This document shows positions 1 through 12,539 of a DNA stretch of 64,000 nt, piece by piece (within the stretch, counting starts at the first letter, position 1; each line of letters begins with the position of its first letter). Both the position numbers and the translations under genes were made by a program. The stretch comes from Eledone cirrhosa (taxonomy: Eukaryota): positions 263,624,001 through 263,688,000 of the forward strand of contig OZ024743.1 in the NCBI GenBank assembly GCA_964016885.1. Direction: 5' to 3'. The notes under the pieces were generated by a model. The model searched no databases, was not told where the DNA came from, and saw nothing but the letters and a program-made list of their open reading frames with translations.

Positions 1-507
1 TCGACTTACTGAACGTTTATCTCCTGCTTTATGGCACTCCACTCACTTAAATGTCGACTAAGTAGATTTATTAAATTAATGTTTATCGTAAACATTTGTA
101 ACATACTGACTTCAGTGTAATGAAGATCATTCAACCCTTACTACATACATTCAAATTTCACCAAAACACGCATACGTATCTATCTATTTATACACACATG
201 CATATTTAATGTAGAGAGTTCACCTCTTTCCACATTTATACACTAACATATATTCACTCACACACACACTCACCCCTCACAGATATATCTTTATAGACAA
301 AGAAAAGACAAAACAAATAAACAATTACTTTGGTTATTAATATATTAGTGAAGTCAACAATCAATAAAGCGTCGAGACGAAATATCTTTCTGTCTTAAAT
401 TGTGTCTGTTTACGGTATGGGTTCAACACCTTTCGGCGAAGATTGTGCCAAGTCGTCTACGGACTGGTCGATTCAATCGACTTTGCAATATGACATAAGA
501 CGGTGAA

Positions 508-630
508 GTGGCAGAGCCGTTAGAACATTCTGGCTTTCTACGCTGGGAGTTCAAATTCCGTCGAGGCCAACTTTGCATTTCCTCTTCTCGAGGTCGACAA
601 AAAAAAAATATCAGTCTAATACTGGGATTG
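508..630 (+). mobile_element. Degenerate tRNA-derived SINE copy
   Basis: GAGTTCAAATTCC B-box-like motif followed by AACTTTGCATTTC..GAGGTCGA core similar to cleaner copies at 13107 and 32866. Confidence 0.6.
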
Positions 631-935
631 ATTCTTCCTCTTTATCTCTTTCAAATTTCCCCTCTATCTGTCTTTTGTTTTCTCTTGAAGAAATTGGCTG
701 TGCTCAAACCACGAGAGGGGATTGGTTCCGTCAGGTTTAAAATGCTCAGGAAACGCCGAGTGTTACAAGAGCGCTCTATGATTCCACCTGTCGATAAAGT
801 ATATGACACGCGAACTATGTTGACGTTTGAGCTAACGAGATAGACTCTATGTAACTAATCATATGATTGTCTAGAAATCGCTGAATATACATTTCAAATC
901 TTATTCTACTGTTTTAAGAATGTAAGAAAACATTA

Positions 936-1117
936 CAGACCTGCCAACCTCTAAAAGCCCCCCCCCCAAAGTGCCGCCAAAACGGGGAGAAATGAGGCAA
1001 AATGGGGAGACTTTACATAATGACAAACAGCTATACCCATTTTCACAAGAGAATACATCCCTCACCCATCCTAAAGCGGTAGATCTCCCCGGGGGACGGG
1101 GAGAGTTTACAGGTATG
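936..1117. mobile_element. Short non-autonomous DNA transposon (hAT-like MITE)
   Basis: Imperfect TIRs CAGACCTGCCAAC / GTTTACAGGTATG, internal GGGGAGA repeats; same terminus recurs at 44572-44610; no clear TSD. Confidence 0.5.
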
Positions 1118-1787
1118 ACATCAGATAACGTAGTCCTTTAGAGAAATTATGTAAGAAAAAATAGGTTGTCATGGGTGGAGCTCCTCATTGTAACACGAGG
1201 TGACTTTTATTATATTAGTTCTTGATTTTATTGATGACTTTCTCTCGGGATAGACCAACATATCGACATTTGACTCTATAGCCTTCTTCTCACCTATCTA
1301 TGAACCCCTGAAATGACTTAGGAGCTGCCCTTTAAGACGGCAATTTCTGATGTAAAGGAAACTTGGATGCTATTTCTTGTAGTCGAACGTAGACCTAAAG
1401 TCACAAAGTTTGATCCCACTGTACACTATGCAATATACTACTGATACCAAGTGACTTTGTTAAACGATAGATACTATTTAGTACAGGTTCGTTGCAAGTA
1501 GATTGTCATATATTTCTTAATAGATGTCTGTTGGCACGACAGAGATGAAGTGTCATTTTCGGTCAGAAAACTTTATGAAACTAAACTGTTTTGCTACACT
1601 CAGTAGTTATTTACTAACATAAACTTTTAGTAGATTCTACATTTCTTTTCAACTGTTGCCAATATTTTCAAATCAATTTGAGATAAACACAGATAATAGG
1701 GAGGGCCGGGCATAGAAAAGTGTACTTTCTTCAAATGAGATCAGAAAGAGACAGAGAGGAGGCAACTACAGAATCAGCCTATAATTG

Positions 1788-1843
<56 letters not shown>

Positions 1844-2254
1844 ATGAAAACAGAGATACATAAAAAGACAATTACTAAGAGGGGGAGAAAATGAGAGTGA
1901 GAGGGAAGAAGGACAATATCGGAAAGATCCAGAATGAAAATAGATATAGAAAATTTAGTGGAATTTAGATTTGCGTAGGAGTAGAGGCTGAAGAAGATAG
2001 AGAGAGGAAGAGAGAGAGTGAGTGAGAGAGAGATAAGGTGCGAATGAATGCATGAAAGAGATGACCGAAATTTGTGAGGAATATGCAAAGAGAAATACAG
2101 GAGGGAGAGTGGGAATAGTAAGACGTTGGAGGATAGAGTGAGATTCCGGAAGAACAAGAGAAACAGGGGTGACATACATATAGTCATATATATATATATA
2201 TATATATATATAATGGAAAAATTTGAACAGGGACAAAACAGGGAGGCAGTACAA

Positions 2255-4080
2255 TAAATGTTTATTAATTTCACGCTCAGGAGAGTGGGGGGTAGGTGGG
2301 GGACGACGTTTCGGGCATAAGCCCTTCCTCAGGTGAGAAGTGTGTGGGAACAGAGTTCAAAAGGTGTGTAGGGGAGTGGTGGAGAGACATATAGCGAAAG
2401 GAAACGGTGCGAATGAAAAAAAACAAATAAAGATAAAAAATAAAAATAAAGCATGATCAAAATACAAGGAATGAGAAAATTTAAAAATAAAGGCATGATC
2501 AAAATAAACTGAAATTAAAAGGGGGGTAAACAGGTGGTGGAAGGGTGTGGGATGAGTAGGGGTGGTGGCGGGTGGAGTGGGGAGAGGGAGACGGGGTGTA
2601 CGAGCGGGGAGGGCTGAAGGTGGTGTGTGTGTGTAGGTGTGCGTGTGTGTGTGTGTGTATGTGAAGTAAGGGTTGGGGGAAAAACGGGGTTGCATGTTCA
2701 GGAAGGGGTGTGTGTGGGGGGTGTTTTTGTGGGTCGGAGTGTCTGTGCGTGTGTGGATAGGGGGGTGGGGGGAGAGGAATCAGGAGGCTGAGGGTGTAAA
2801 TATGTGGTGGGAAGCACGTGTGTGTGGGGTTTAAGCGTGTTGTGGGTGTGGGTGGCGTGTGTCTGCGGGTGAGTTATATAGGTGATTACGCAAGACGATG
2901 GTTGAAAAGTTGGTAAGTTCCAAGGATGTTCAGTAGATTGTTTGTAAGTCAAATTCTGCGTGTGGGTAATCCATGAAGTGGTGGTCGGAAGAGGAGAGAT
3001 GTGGGGTGCGCGCGCAACAGGAAGTGGTCAGCAGTGGGAGTGCTGTGGTCTGTTGGTGCTGGGAGGTGGCCAGAGGGCACAGCAGCAGTCAGTGGAATGG
3101 TAGGGGACGAGGATGAGTAGGTGTGAAAGTTGGAGTGAGGAGGGTGTGTGTGTGTGTGTGTGTAATAGTAGGGGTGTTAGTGGGATGAGTGAGTGTGGAG
3201 CGAGGGTGTGGGTGGAGTGGGGAGAGAAGGGTGTGTGTGGTTCTATGGAGGGAGTGTGGTGTACTGGTGTGTGTGTAGTTTGATGAAGAGGTGTTAGTGG
3301 GTGTTAGTATACGGGAGGTGGGGAGGGGTTGAATGCAGGTGTGAGTGGGGGTTAGTGGTGGTAGGGTGTGTAGAGTTGGTGGTGTACGAGGGTGTGTGGG
3401 TACGTGTGCGTGGGGTTAGGGGGTGTTAGTGATGTTAGTTGCGTGTGGGGTTGGTGGTGTAAGTGGGTGCGTGTGTTCGTGTGCTTGGGATTAGGGGGTG
3501 TTAGTGAGGTTAGTTGTGGGGTGGTGGGATGGAGGTGTGGGGGTGGGATGTGTGGGGGTGAGGATTAGTGGTGGTAGTAGGGTGTGTGTTTAGTGTGAGC
3601 GCGTGTATATATGTGCCGGTGGGTGTGTGCGTGTGATAAGGAGGGGGGAGGAGGAGAAGAGGGGAGGGAAGGGATGTTAGTATGTTAGTTGGGGAAGTGT
3701 GGTCAGATGAGGGGTGGAGTGGAGGTGTTAGTATTGTTAGTGTGGGGTGGGCGGTGAAAAGGAGGGGTGTGTTAGTGGTGTTAGTGGGGGATAAGTGTGG
3801 AGTGAGGGGGGCGGTCGAACGCTAAAGGAATAAGGGTGGGGAGTTCAGGCCGGGGGGAGTGTGGGTCTGTAAGATGAAGATAGTTCGTTGTTCGACCGTA
3901 AGGCGATGGGCGGGTGTTCCGTGGCACTGGAGTAGGCCACAGACTGTGAGATGGCGTGCGGAGTGTCCAGGGCCACCAGAGTGGCGGGCGATGGGGGAAC
4001 TGCCCCCGAGACGAATATCCCGGAGGTGCTCCGTGACTCGGTCCGCCAGGCGACGTCCCGTCTGTCCGACATAAGTCCTA
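2255..4080 (-). mobile_element. 5'-truncated Penelope-like element (GIY-YIG C-terminus, long C/A-rich 3' UTR, terminal HHR core)
   Basis: ORF 3822-4075: [38 protein letters not shown]; 5' end abuts (TA)n; HHR core and AATAAA near 2260-2333. Confidence 0.75.
2301..2335 (-). ncRNA. Minimal hammerhead ribozyme core (helix I not evident)
   Basis: rc: CTGAGGA-A-GGGC-TTAT-GCCC-GAAAC-GTC-GTC. Confidence 0.65.
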
Positions 4081-4107
4081 TGCACTATATATGCACTATA
4101 TATACAT

Positions 4108-4206
<99 letters not shown>

Positions 4207-4224
4207 TGCATATTCATATATATA

Positions 4225-4680
4225 TCAAAGGGCAAAGGAGCTCTTAAGAGTCAATGGCCATCCAAAATCACTGGGAGAGATGACCCCTTAGCCTTTGTCA
4301 AGGCAGAATTCTAGAAGGAAAACTCTGATGTAACACCTGCTACCCTGATGGTATCCAATGATGTTGACTTGTTCTTCTTTTTGGTAAATATCATCTTGGT
4401 TAAGAGAGTGGGACTGGCTTTGTGCAGTGCCTTTGCTTACTATAAAAGCTTTACGGCACAGGCATTGCTTTGTATCTGGAGATCTCTCTCCACTTGTCAT
4501 CACATGGTATCATGGGCCCAGCACTATGTGTCAATATTTGTCACAAGTGTAGTGTTTGTACCAGAGTTTTCAAGTTGCTGGCTGGACTAAAAAGTCACAT
4601 TCGTTCAGCGTATCGGTAGGAGTTCTCCTACATGGATATAAAGTAGTGGCCGTACTCGAAAACGAGTTGGCAGCCACCAT
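4225..4680 (+). mobile_element. RTE-like LINE 3' fragment, copy 1
   Basis: Three similar copies in window; encodes C-x2-[13 protein letters not shown], resembling the C-terminal zinc finger of RTE ORFs; flanked by (TA)n. Confidence 0.55.
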
Positions 4681-4716
4681 GTATGTATGCATATTCATAT
4701 ATATATATATATATGA

Positions 4717-6223
4717 ATATATAATGAGGCATTTAATGATACAATTATATTTAAAAAAAAATAACAAGGAAATAACTCATGAAGAAAAATCAATATTTTT
4801 ATAACGCAAAAGTTTACAACACATTTATTAAAGCATCTCTTAATATTTTGTAGCGTAACCTTTGTTGATAATTACAGCCTGTAGGCGTTTGGAGTAGCCT
4901 CCTACAAACTTCTTGGCTAATATTTTTCCATTCTTCACAACAAATTTTCTTTAGTTCAGGGATATTTTGGGGTTTCCTTTGTTGAATTCTGAGTTTCAGT
5001 TCTCTCCACAAATTTTTGATCGGGTTAAGATCTGGAGACTGACATGGCCATTTTAGAACATTTATTCCATTCGGACTTAACCAAGATTGTGTTAGCTTTG
5101 CAGTATGCTTTGGATCGTTGTCTTGTTGAAAAAACGAAACTGGCTTTAAGCTGAGAGAATGTGCACTTTGATGTAAATTCCTTTGCAAAATACCTCTATA
5201 ATAAGCGCCACCAATTCTTCCTTCTATTATTTCAATATTTCCTACACCTGTGGCACTAAAGCAACCCCAGACCATGACTGATCCACCTCCAAATTTTACA
5301 GTTGGAATAGTATTCTTCAGCGAATATTCAGTACCTTTCTTTCTCCAGACTTTTACCACACCATTTCGACCAAAAAGTTCAATTTTTGTTTCGTCTGACC
5401 AAAGTACATCTTCCCAAAATGACGCAGGTTTGGTGAGATGCTAATTTGCAAAGTTTAATCGACGAAGAACGTGTTTCCTCGTAAGAAGTGGTGTTTTCCT
5501 TGGAGACCTCGAGAAGATATATCGATGTAGTGAACGACTAATTGTATCTGTGCTCACTTTTACTCCACTTCCTTCTAGGTCATCCTAAAGATTTTAATGA
5601 GTACACCGGGGTTCGTTGCCAACCTTTCTCGTCAATAACCGAGCTGCACGTTCCGTTATCTTTCTAGGACGACCATAACTAATTAGAGGACAGATGGAAT
5701 GATGAGATTTCCAGTGACGAATTATAGTACCAACTGAACTCAATGGCACATTTAACTGACAAGATATCTTTCTATAACCAACACTATTTGTATGAAGGTC
5801 TACAATGCGTTTACGGAGGTCTTGATCAATCAGTTTATTTTTCCCCATATTGTCCATGTTTACAGGACGGTTGTCAATGTTTACAGGATGGTTGTCAGAC
5901 AAATAATGACGTAATGTTTTTAATTGTCCTTAGAAGTTACCTTAAACCTAATCTAAAACATTCTACTGAATTTTAAATCTGAAAATTTAAGAATTTTCTT
6001 GAAAAAAAGCGATAAATATAAAATGTGTTGTAAACTTTTGCGTTATAAAAATATTGATTTTCTTCATGAGTTATTTCCTTGTTATTTTTTTAAAAATATG
6101 ATTGTATCATTAAATGCCTCACTATATGTTCTATCAGTAGTTACATTTTCATTGCCCTAACTTTATTAAAAATACCTAAAACCGCATTTTTCCTAATGTG
6201 TTGTAAACTTTTGCGGGGCACTG
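4717..6223 (-). mobile_element. Tc1-family DNA transposon, IR/DR type, left TIR truncated
   Basis: Inverted repeat 4717-4826 / 6021-6127; direct repeat AATGTGTTGTAAACTTTTGCG at ~6022 and ~6195; terminus CACTG followed by TA. Confidence 0.9.
4814..5848 (-). pseudogene. Disrupted Tc1 DD34E transposase
   Basis: MGKNK..GRPRK HTH region; TVKFGGGSVMVWGCF, FQQDNDPKH, WPCQSPDLNPIKNLW; split by stop/frameshift, catalytic E appears as K. Confidence 0.9.
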
Positions 6224-6239
6224 TATATATGAATGTATA

Positions 6240-6527
6240 TATAGTGTATTTTGCAAGACACTATATGCTTAATTAAAAGCATTTTGAAGACCATACGCTA
6301 TTGTTTTAAAATAGTGACAATGTCACTTATTTAATTTTCAGCAAACAGGGGAGATAAACTGACAGAGCTCTGTTTCGTACTTTTTGGTACTTATCAAAGC
6401 TCACTACTTCTCCTGTTTGCTGAAAATTATGTGTGTTGAATTCTTATAGAATTTAAATTTAAATAATTAAAATTTAAATAAGTGACATTGTCACTATTTT
6501 AAAACAATAGCGTATGGTCTTCAAAAT
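6240..6527 (-). mobile_element. PLE pLTR remnant with inverted 5' duplication and decayed HHR (6355-6405)
   Basis: IR 6281-6333 / 6475-6527; rc TTGATAA-GTAC-CAAAAA-GTAC-GAAA-CAGAGCTCTG-TC enclosed by 17-bp stem 6333-6349 / 6412-6428. Confidence 0.65.
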
Positions 6528-6530
6528 TAC

Positions 6531-6942
6531 GCCGTACAGTGTTTAGGAAACCACGTCACCTTTTTGTTCAACACTGACACAGGAACGATGTACTAGTTTC
6601 AAGCTTATTAGCTATCGTCAGCATCGTATACCTTCCTGCTAGATGGTTGAACGTCTGAAAGTATATACCTTCCTTATGCATATTAACGGCTGAGCCGCCT
6701 AATTTGCATATCGAGTGAGTTCAGTCGGCCGGGCACACCGAAAACGATAAATGGAATAGAATGAAACGAAATTTCATTTCTCACTCTTAGTACGGCACTT
6801 ACTTAAATGTAAGTATGTATGTATGTATGTATGTATGTATACGTACATACATATATGTATACAGACGTACAGTAATATGTATATATATACATACATGCAC
6901 ACATATATATATATGCACGTATTGGTTTACCGAACATTTAAG
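6531..6942 (-). repeat. Inverted copy of the ~430-bp HHR repeat unit
   Basis: Reverse-complement similarity to units at 8823-9877. Confidence 0.85.
6585..6627 (-). ncRNA. Type I hammerhead ribozyme
   Basis: rc ACGATG-CTGACGA-TAGCT-AATA-AGCTT-GAAA-CTAG-TA-CATCGT; perfect 6-bp helix I, palindromic helix III. Confidence 0.9.
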
Positions 6943-7539
6943 CTAAGACAGTATAACTCCCACACCGCGGTACCACCACCCCTATCAAATACACCACGCT
7001 ACTACACCAATAATTACTCTAGTAGCACACCTCCCCCATCTAATCCTTCTAGCACGGACCTACCGCTTAGGTTAAACAACCCTACTCTCACTAACCGCAG
7101 AAGCAACTGCAGATGCCATTACCCCAACGTATGCCCATTAAATGGACACTGCCTGACACCCAACATAGTCTATAGGTGCACGGTTAAGACTGCTTCGAAT
7201 ACCAGCTCTTATATCGGGCCTACCTCTAACCCTTTTAAGGTACGCTATAACGCTCACTCTTTTTCCTTCCGAGACCCTAGCAACAGATGTTCGACATTGC
7301 TAGCTAGGCTCATTAAAAACCTTAAATTAAACAACGTTCAACACTCACTAAAATGGGATATCGTGGCTAGGGCCCAACCGTTCAATGGACGAAGAAAATC
7401 TTGTGATCTCTGTATTACGGAAGCATATTACATAACTTTATCACGACCCCTACCAATTAACGATAGAACGGAGGTAACTATTAGCTGTCAACATCGAAGG
7501 GCTAATTCCTTCGCCAATAGAATTTTTGACCCAACTTAG
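6943..7539 (+). pseudogene. Naiad-type PLE GIY-YIG endonuclease C-terminal fragment
   Basis: CRCHYPNVCPLNGHCL, NIVYRC, YIG, FKVRYNAH, CDLC, CQH; homologous to C-termini of ORFs at 46187 and 56110. Confidence 0.85.
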
Positions 7540-7937
7540 TCATGTAGCCCAATTTTTACTTGTAGCTAATAAGTTAAATTGCTATGAACAACTCGATAAT
7601 TATAAGTTACCTCCCCTACATTGTCTCTCAATTAAACAAATTTAAAAAATAGCACTTTCTAATCTCTCGAGAGGTTACTTCCCCTGAAACCACCCTCTAA
7701 TTAGTAAGGTAAATATGCCCTTTGGCATCCATCGTGTTACCCATAGGCAGATCTCGCACTATGCAGCCTCGACAGATGAATATTATATGGAGTAGCGAAA
7801 CAATTGTAAACGGACATTATTATTATTAATATTATTATTATTATTCTCTACGTTCCTTACATCAAACTAAAATATGTTGACAATCTTTTAATAATGTCTT
7901 CCTTGTGAAATTTGTGGTCTTGTTTTTCTTAACTAAT

Positions 7938-7939
<2 letters not shown>

Positions 7940-8023
<84 letters not shown>

Positions 8024-8046
8024 TATATATATATGTATATATATAT

Positions 8047-8128
<82 letters not shown>

Positions 8129-8822
8129 ATATATATATGTATTATATATATATTATATATATATATATAATATATATTATATATATATATTATATATATA
8201 TAATATATATTATATATATATATTATATATATATAATATATATTATATATATATATATATATTATATATATTATATATATATTATATATTATATATATAT
8301 ATAATATATATTATATATATATATTATTTATATTATATATTATATATATATATATATTATATATATATATATTATATATTATATATATATTATATATATA
8401 TATAATATATATATTATATATATATTATATATATATATGTATATATATATATAATATATATAATATATATACATATAATATATATGTATATATATTATAT
8501 ATATATTATATATATATATACATATATATATATAATATATATATATAATATATATACATATAATATATATGTATATATATTATATATATTATATATATTA
8601 TATTTATATTTTATATATTATATATTATATATATTACATATTATATATATTATATATATATAATATATATTAAACATATTATATATATATTATATATATT
8701 ATATATTATATATATTATATATATATATATTATATATATTAAATATATTATATATATTAAATATATATTATAAATATTATATATATATATATTATAAATA
8801 TTATATACATATATATATATTA
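7940..8822. repeat. Imperfect (TA)n microsatellite
   Basis: Direct inspection. Confidence 0.95.
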
Positions 8823-9140
8823 TACGGCTTAATTCGGGATGTTTGTTTACAAACACACCGAGCATTATAATAAATGTTCGGTGAATCCATACGTACATAT
8901 ATATATGTGTGCATGTTAGTATATATATATACATACTACTGTACGTCTGTATACATACTTATATTTAAGTAACAGCCGTACTAATAGTGAGAAATGAAAT
9001 TTCGTTTCGTTTTGTCCGTTTATCGTTTTCAGTACCCCGGCCGATTTTCTCACTCGATATGTAAATTAGACTGCTCAGCCGTTAATATGCATAAGGAAGG
9101 TATATACTTTCAGACGTTCAATCATCTAGCAGGAAGGTAT

Positions 9141-9183
9141 ACGTAGCTGACGATAGCTAATAAGCTTGAAACTACTACAGCGT
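9141..9183 (+). ncRNA. Type I hammerhead ribozyme (helix I/III mismatches)
   Basis: ACGTAG-CTGACGA-TAGCT-AATA-AGCTT-GAAA-CTAC-TA-CAGCGT. Confidence 0.75.
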
Positions 9184-9571
9184 TCCTTTGTCAGGGTTGA
9201 ACAAATGAGCAACGATGGTTGCTAGACACTGTACGGCTTAATTCGGGATGTTTGTTTACAAACACACCGAGCATTATAATAAATGTTCGGTGAATCCATA
9301 CTTACATATATATATGTGTGCATGTATGTATATATATATATACATACTATTGTACGTCTGTATACATATATGTATGTACGTATACATACTTATATTTAAG
9401 TAACAGCCGTACTAATAGTGAGAAATGAAATTTCGCTTCGTTTTGTCCGTTTATCGTTCTCGGTACCCCGGCCGATTAACTCACTCGATACGCTTATTAG
9501 GCTGCTCAGCCGTTAATATGCATATGGAAGGTATATACTTTCAGACGTTCAATCATCTTGCAGGAAGGTAT

Positions 9572-9614
9572 TCGTTGCTGACGATAGCTACTAAGCTTGA
9601 AACTAGTACAGCGT
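9572..9614 (+). ncRNA. Type I hammerhead ribozyme
   Basis: CGTTG-CTGACGA-TAGCT-ACTA-AGCTT-GAAA-CTAG-TA-CAGCG. Confidence 0.85.
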
Positions 9615-9876
9615 TCCTTTGTCAGGGTTGAACAAATGAGCAACGATGGTTGCTAGACACTGTACGGCTTAATTCGGGATGTTTGATTACAAACTCACCG
9701 AGCATTATAATATATGTCCGGTGAATCCATACGTACATATATATAGGTGTGCATGTATGTATATATACATACTACTGTACGTCTGTATACATATAAGTAT
9801 GTACGTATACATATTTATATTTAAGTAACGGCCGTACTAAGAGTGAGAAATGAAATTTCGTTTCATTTTTTCCGTT

Positions 9877-9907
<31 letters not shown>

Positions 9908-10189
9908 ATATGGGTGAGAAGAATACTGCTGGTTGCACATGGATAACATGTTATAAAATGAGTCCCTCATCAGTGATTTACCAAACGATCATGGGTATTT
10001 CATCGCATTAAAAATCATATACCTCACGTTGGAGCGATAATAACTAAAATAAGTTATTAGGACAATAGAAACGTGTAAAGCGAGTGAGACAAGTAAACAA
10101 CACAGGGGGAAGCTAACCGAAGATGGAAATAAACACAAGCAACATAGTTATTCTTTCAGCATAAGCTGTGTGAATATATGAGCGAGTCA

Positions 10190-10268
<79 letters not shown>

Positions 10269-10591
10269 ATATATATTATATATATATATATATATTATAT
10301 ATATATATATATATTATATATATTATATATATTATATATATATATATTATACATATATTATATATATATATATAAAAATTATATATATATATTATATATA
10401 TTATATATAATATTATATATAATAAAGTACCGGTAATACACTATATAATAATATACAGATGCGTACCTATGCTAGCAAATATATATGTTTTGTCTTAGTA
10501 ACTTTGTGGTTCTATGCAAGGGGATGCAGAACAATTATATTAAAGACGTAAATAAGAAAGTTATGAAAATTGACTTACTTACTAAAATTTC

Positions 10592-10672
10592 ACTCCAACT
10601 AATTAGTTTCTGTAAGGGGATAAATATGGTTACGGAGCGTATCCACAGAGAAACCTTACGTCATCAGGGAGT
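10592..10672 (-). ncRNA. Type I hammerhead ribozyme (inverted copy)
   Basis: Reverse complement of 11023-11103. Confidence 0.85.
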
Positions 10673-11022
10673 CCATTCTCAGCTAAGCTTCCATATATAT
10701 ATTTGCTAGCATAGGTACGCATCTGTATACATATGTTGGTAGATATACTAATTACCTCCAAATTATTTGTTGAGCAAAACTTGCCGAAATTACTACTATG
10801 ATTAATGGTAGTGGCTAGGCCCTTGTCTTAATAGCACCCACTTTTCACTGATTAACCTCAGTGTCACGTGATTGATTCTTTTGAATTTTCCACTGACCAA
10901 GTAGGCAGTGAATTTTTCAATGTCTTGGAATTTAGTCCCCGCTCGCTTTTTTCCATCCACTGAATTATTTTTATATAAGTTCCCAGCGTCCTCGCATTGC
11001 CTGGAAGCTTAGCTGAGAATAG

Positions 11023-11103
11023 ACTCCCTGATGACGTAAGGTTTCTCTGTGGATACGCTCCGTCACCATATTTATCCTCTTACAGAAACTAATTAGTTGG
11101 AGT
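11023..11103 (+). ncRNA. Type I hammerhead ribozyme
   Basis: ACTCC-CTGATGA-C-GTAAG..CTTAC-A-GAAA-CTAATTAG-TT-GGAGT. Confidence 0.9.
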
Positions 11104-11146
11104 GAAATTTTAGTAAGTCAATTTTCATAACTTTCTTATTTACGTC

Positions 11147-11182
<36 letters not shown>

Positions 11183-11199
11183 TTATTAAAATAACAGAT

Positions 11200-11356
11200 T
11201 TTAATAACTGCCTAAGGACAGCAGCATAAACTCCCTCTTGCACCAGTGGCCAACCTATACAGGTTGGAGATAAAATGTCTAGCAACAAGGGCGGTGCCCC
11301 AGCATGGCCTCAGCGAGATGGCTGAAACAGGTAAAAGAGTAAAAGACTAAAAGAGA
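11200..11356 (+). mobile_element. Retroposon 3' tail (RTE-related LINE/SINE)
   Basis: CCAGCATGGCC..CTGAAAC..TAAAAGA repeats; related sequence inverted at ~41975-42040. Confidence 0.5.
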
Positions 11357-11394
11357 ATATATATCATATATATTATATATATATTATATATATA

Positions 11395-11462
<68 letters not shown>

Positions 11463-11655
11463 GTAATAATAATAAATTTGAAGACTAAAATCCAAAGAGG
11501 GCTCGATAAGGATATATATATATCAAATATATAAGAACCGTAGAGCATATATTTGAAGGGAACGTTTCCACGAACCAAAGTATCGCTTCCCTGTCTTCCT
11601 CCGTTTGCAACGTTTTTTGAAATATTCACTTCTGCGTTCACAGATTGACTTTGTT

Positions 11656-11706
11656 AATTTCAGAAGATCCTGTTAAGGGTGAAAGCAGGGATTCTTTGCT
11701 TAAACT
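11656..11706 (+). ncRNA. Decayed hammerhead-like motif in a (TA)n-flanked insert
   Basis: CAGAAGA-TCCT-GTTA-AGGG-T-GAAA-GCAGGG-ATT-CTTTGC-TT; one core substitution. Confidence 0.5.
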
Positions 11707-11715
11707 TTAATCTCT

Positions 11716-11835
<120 letters not shown>

Positions 11836-12420
11836 TATTATATATATATATATGTAATATAATATTATTCAAAATGTTAATAAATGAAAAATATTCTCAT
11901 AATCAAAATATATCTTTTATTATACATATTTCAAAGGTACAATGGTGTTTAAGTACGTTTTCATCAGACAAAATATATTATTTGATATGTGACCTATCCG
12001 CTACAGTTTTGATTATTCAATTCCAATATTATGTATAGATATATCTATGTGTGTATGTGTGTCTGTGAGTGCGTGTGATTATGTAGTATCTATTTATTTG
12101 TCTATATGTATGTCTCTCCTGTTTATTACTCTTCCTTTATCTAACTATCTGTCTATATACATGTCTCCCCGACTTTTTCAATATTCGGGAGTCAAACTCT
12201 CTCCTCTCACGCCGCTCTATCCCTTCTCAGCCTTCTCTTTACATATATTCAGTGAGATAAAGAGAGATAAATAGTGAGAGAGAGCATATCAAAATAGCAG
12301 TAACTTATTAAGTACACATACATACATAGACAATACTGAAATGTATCTCAACATTAGGGTTTTGTAACCTTCAGTATTCTGTGATATATGCGTCTTGGAT
12401 TGTGATGTATGGGTCTGTGA

Positions 12421-12466
<46 letters not shown>

Positions 12467-12539
12467 TTGATGACATATTTGTTACTTTCAATTGGTTTGA
12501 ATGTTGGTGATGTCATTGTATATGTGGTGTATGATAACG

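Larger units (their letters stand above)
8823..9877 (+). repeat. Tandem repeat, ~410-430 bp unit, 2.5 copies, one HHR per unit
   Basis: TACGGCTTAATTCGGGATG starts at 8823, 9232 and 9663. Confidence 0.9.
10452..11149 (+). mobile_element. Non-coding HHR-bearing element with interleaved inverted repeats (A-B-A'-B')
   Basis: A 10452-10487 / A' 10694-10729; B 10543-10693 / B' 11002-11149; ends in (TA)n. Confidence 0.8.

Noticed and set aside
6703-6711. Octamer ATTTGCAT as an snRNA promoter element
   Set aside because: Not conserved in the other repeat units and no snRNA sequence nearby
7768-7812. HHR-like CAGATGA..GAAACAATTGTA
   Set aside because: Core mutated and helices I/II do not pair convincingly; at best a relic
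9940-9980. HHR-like CTGATGA on the minus strand
   Set aside because: No GAAA core or helix I
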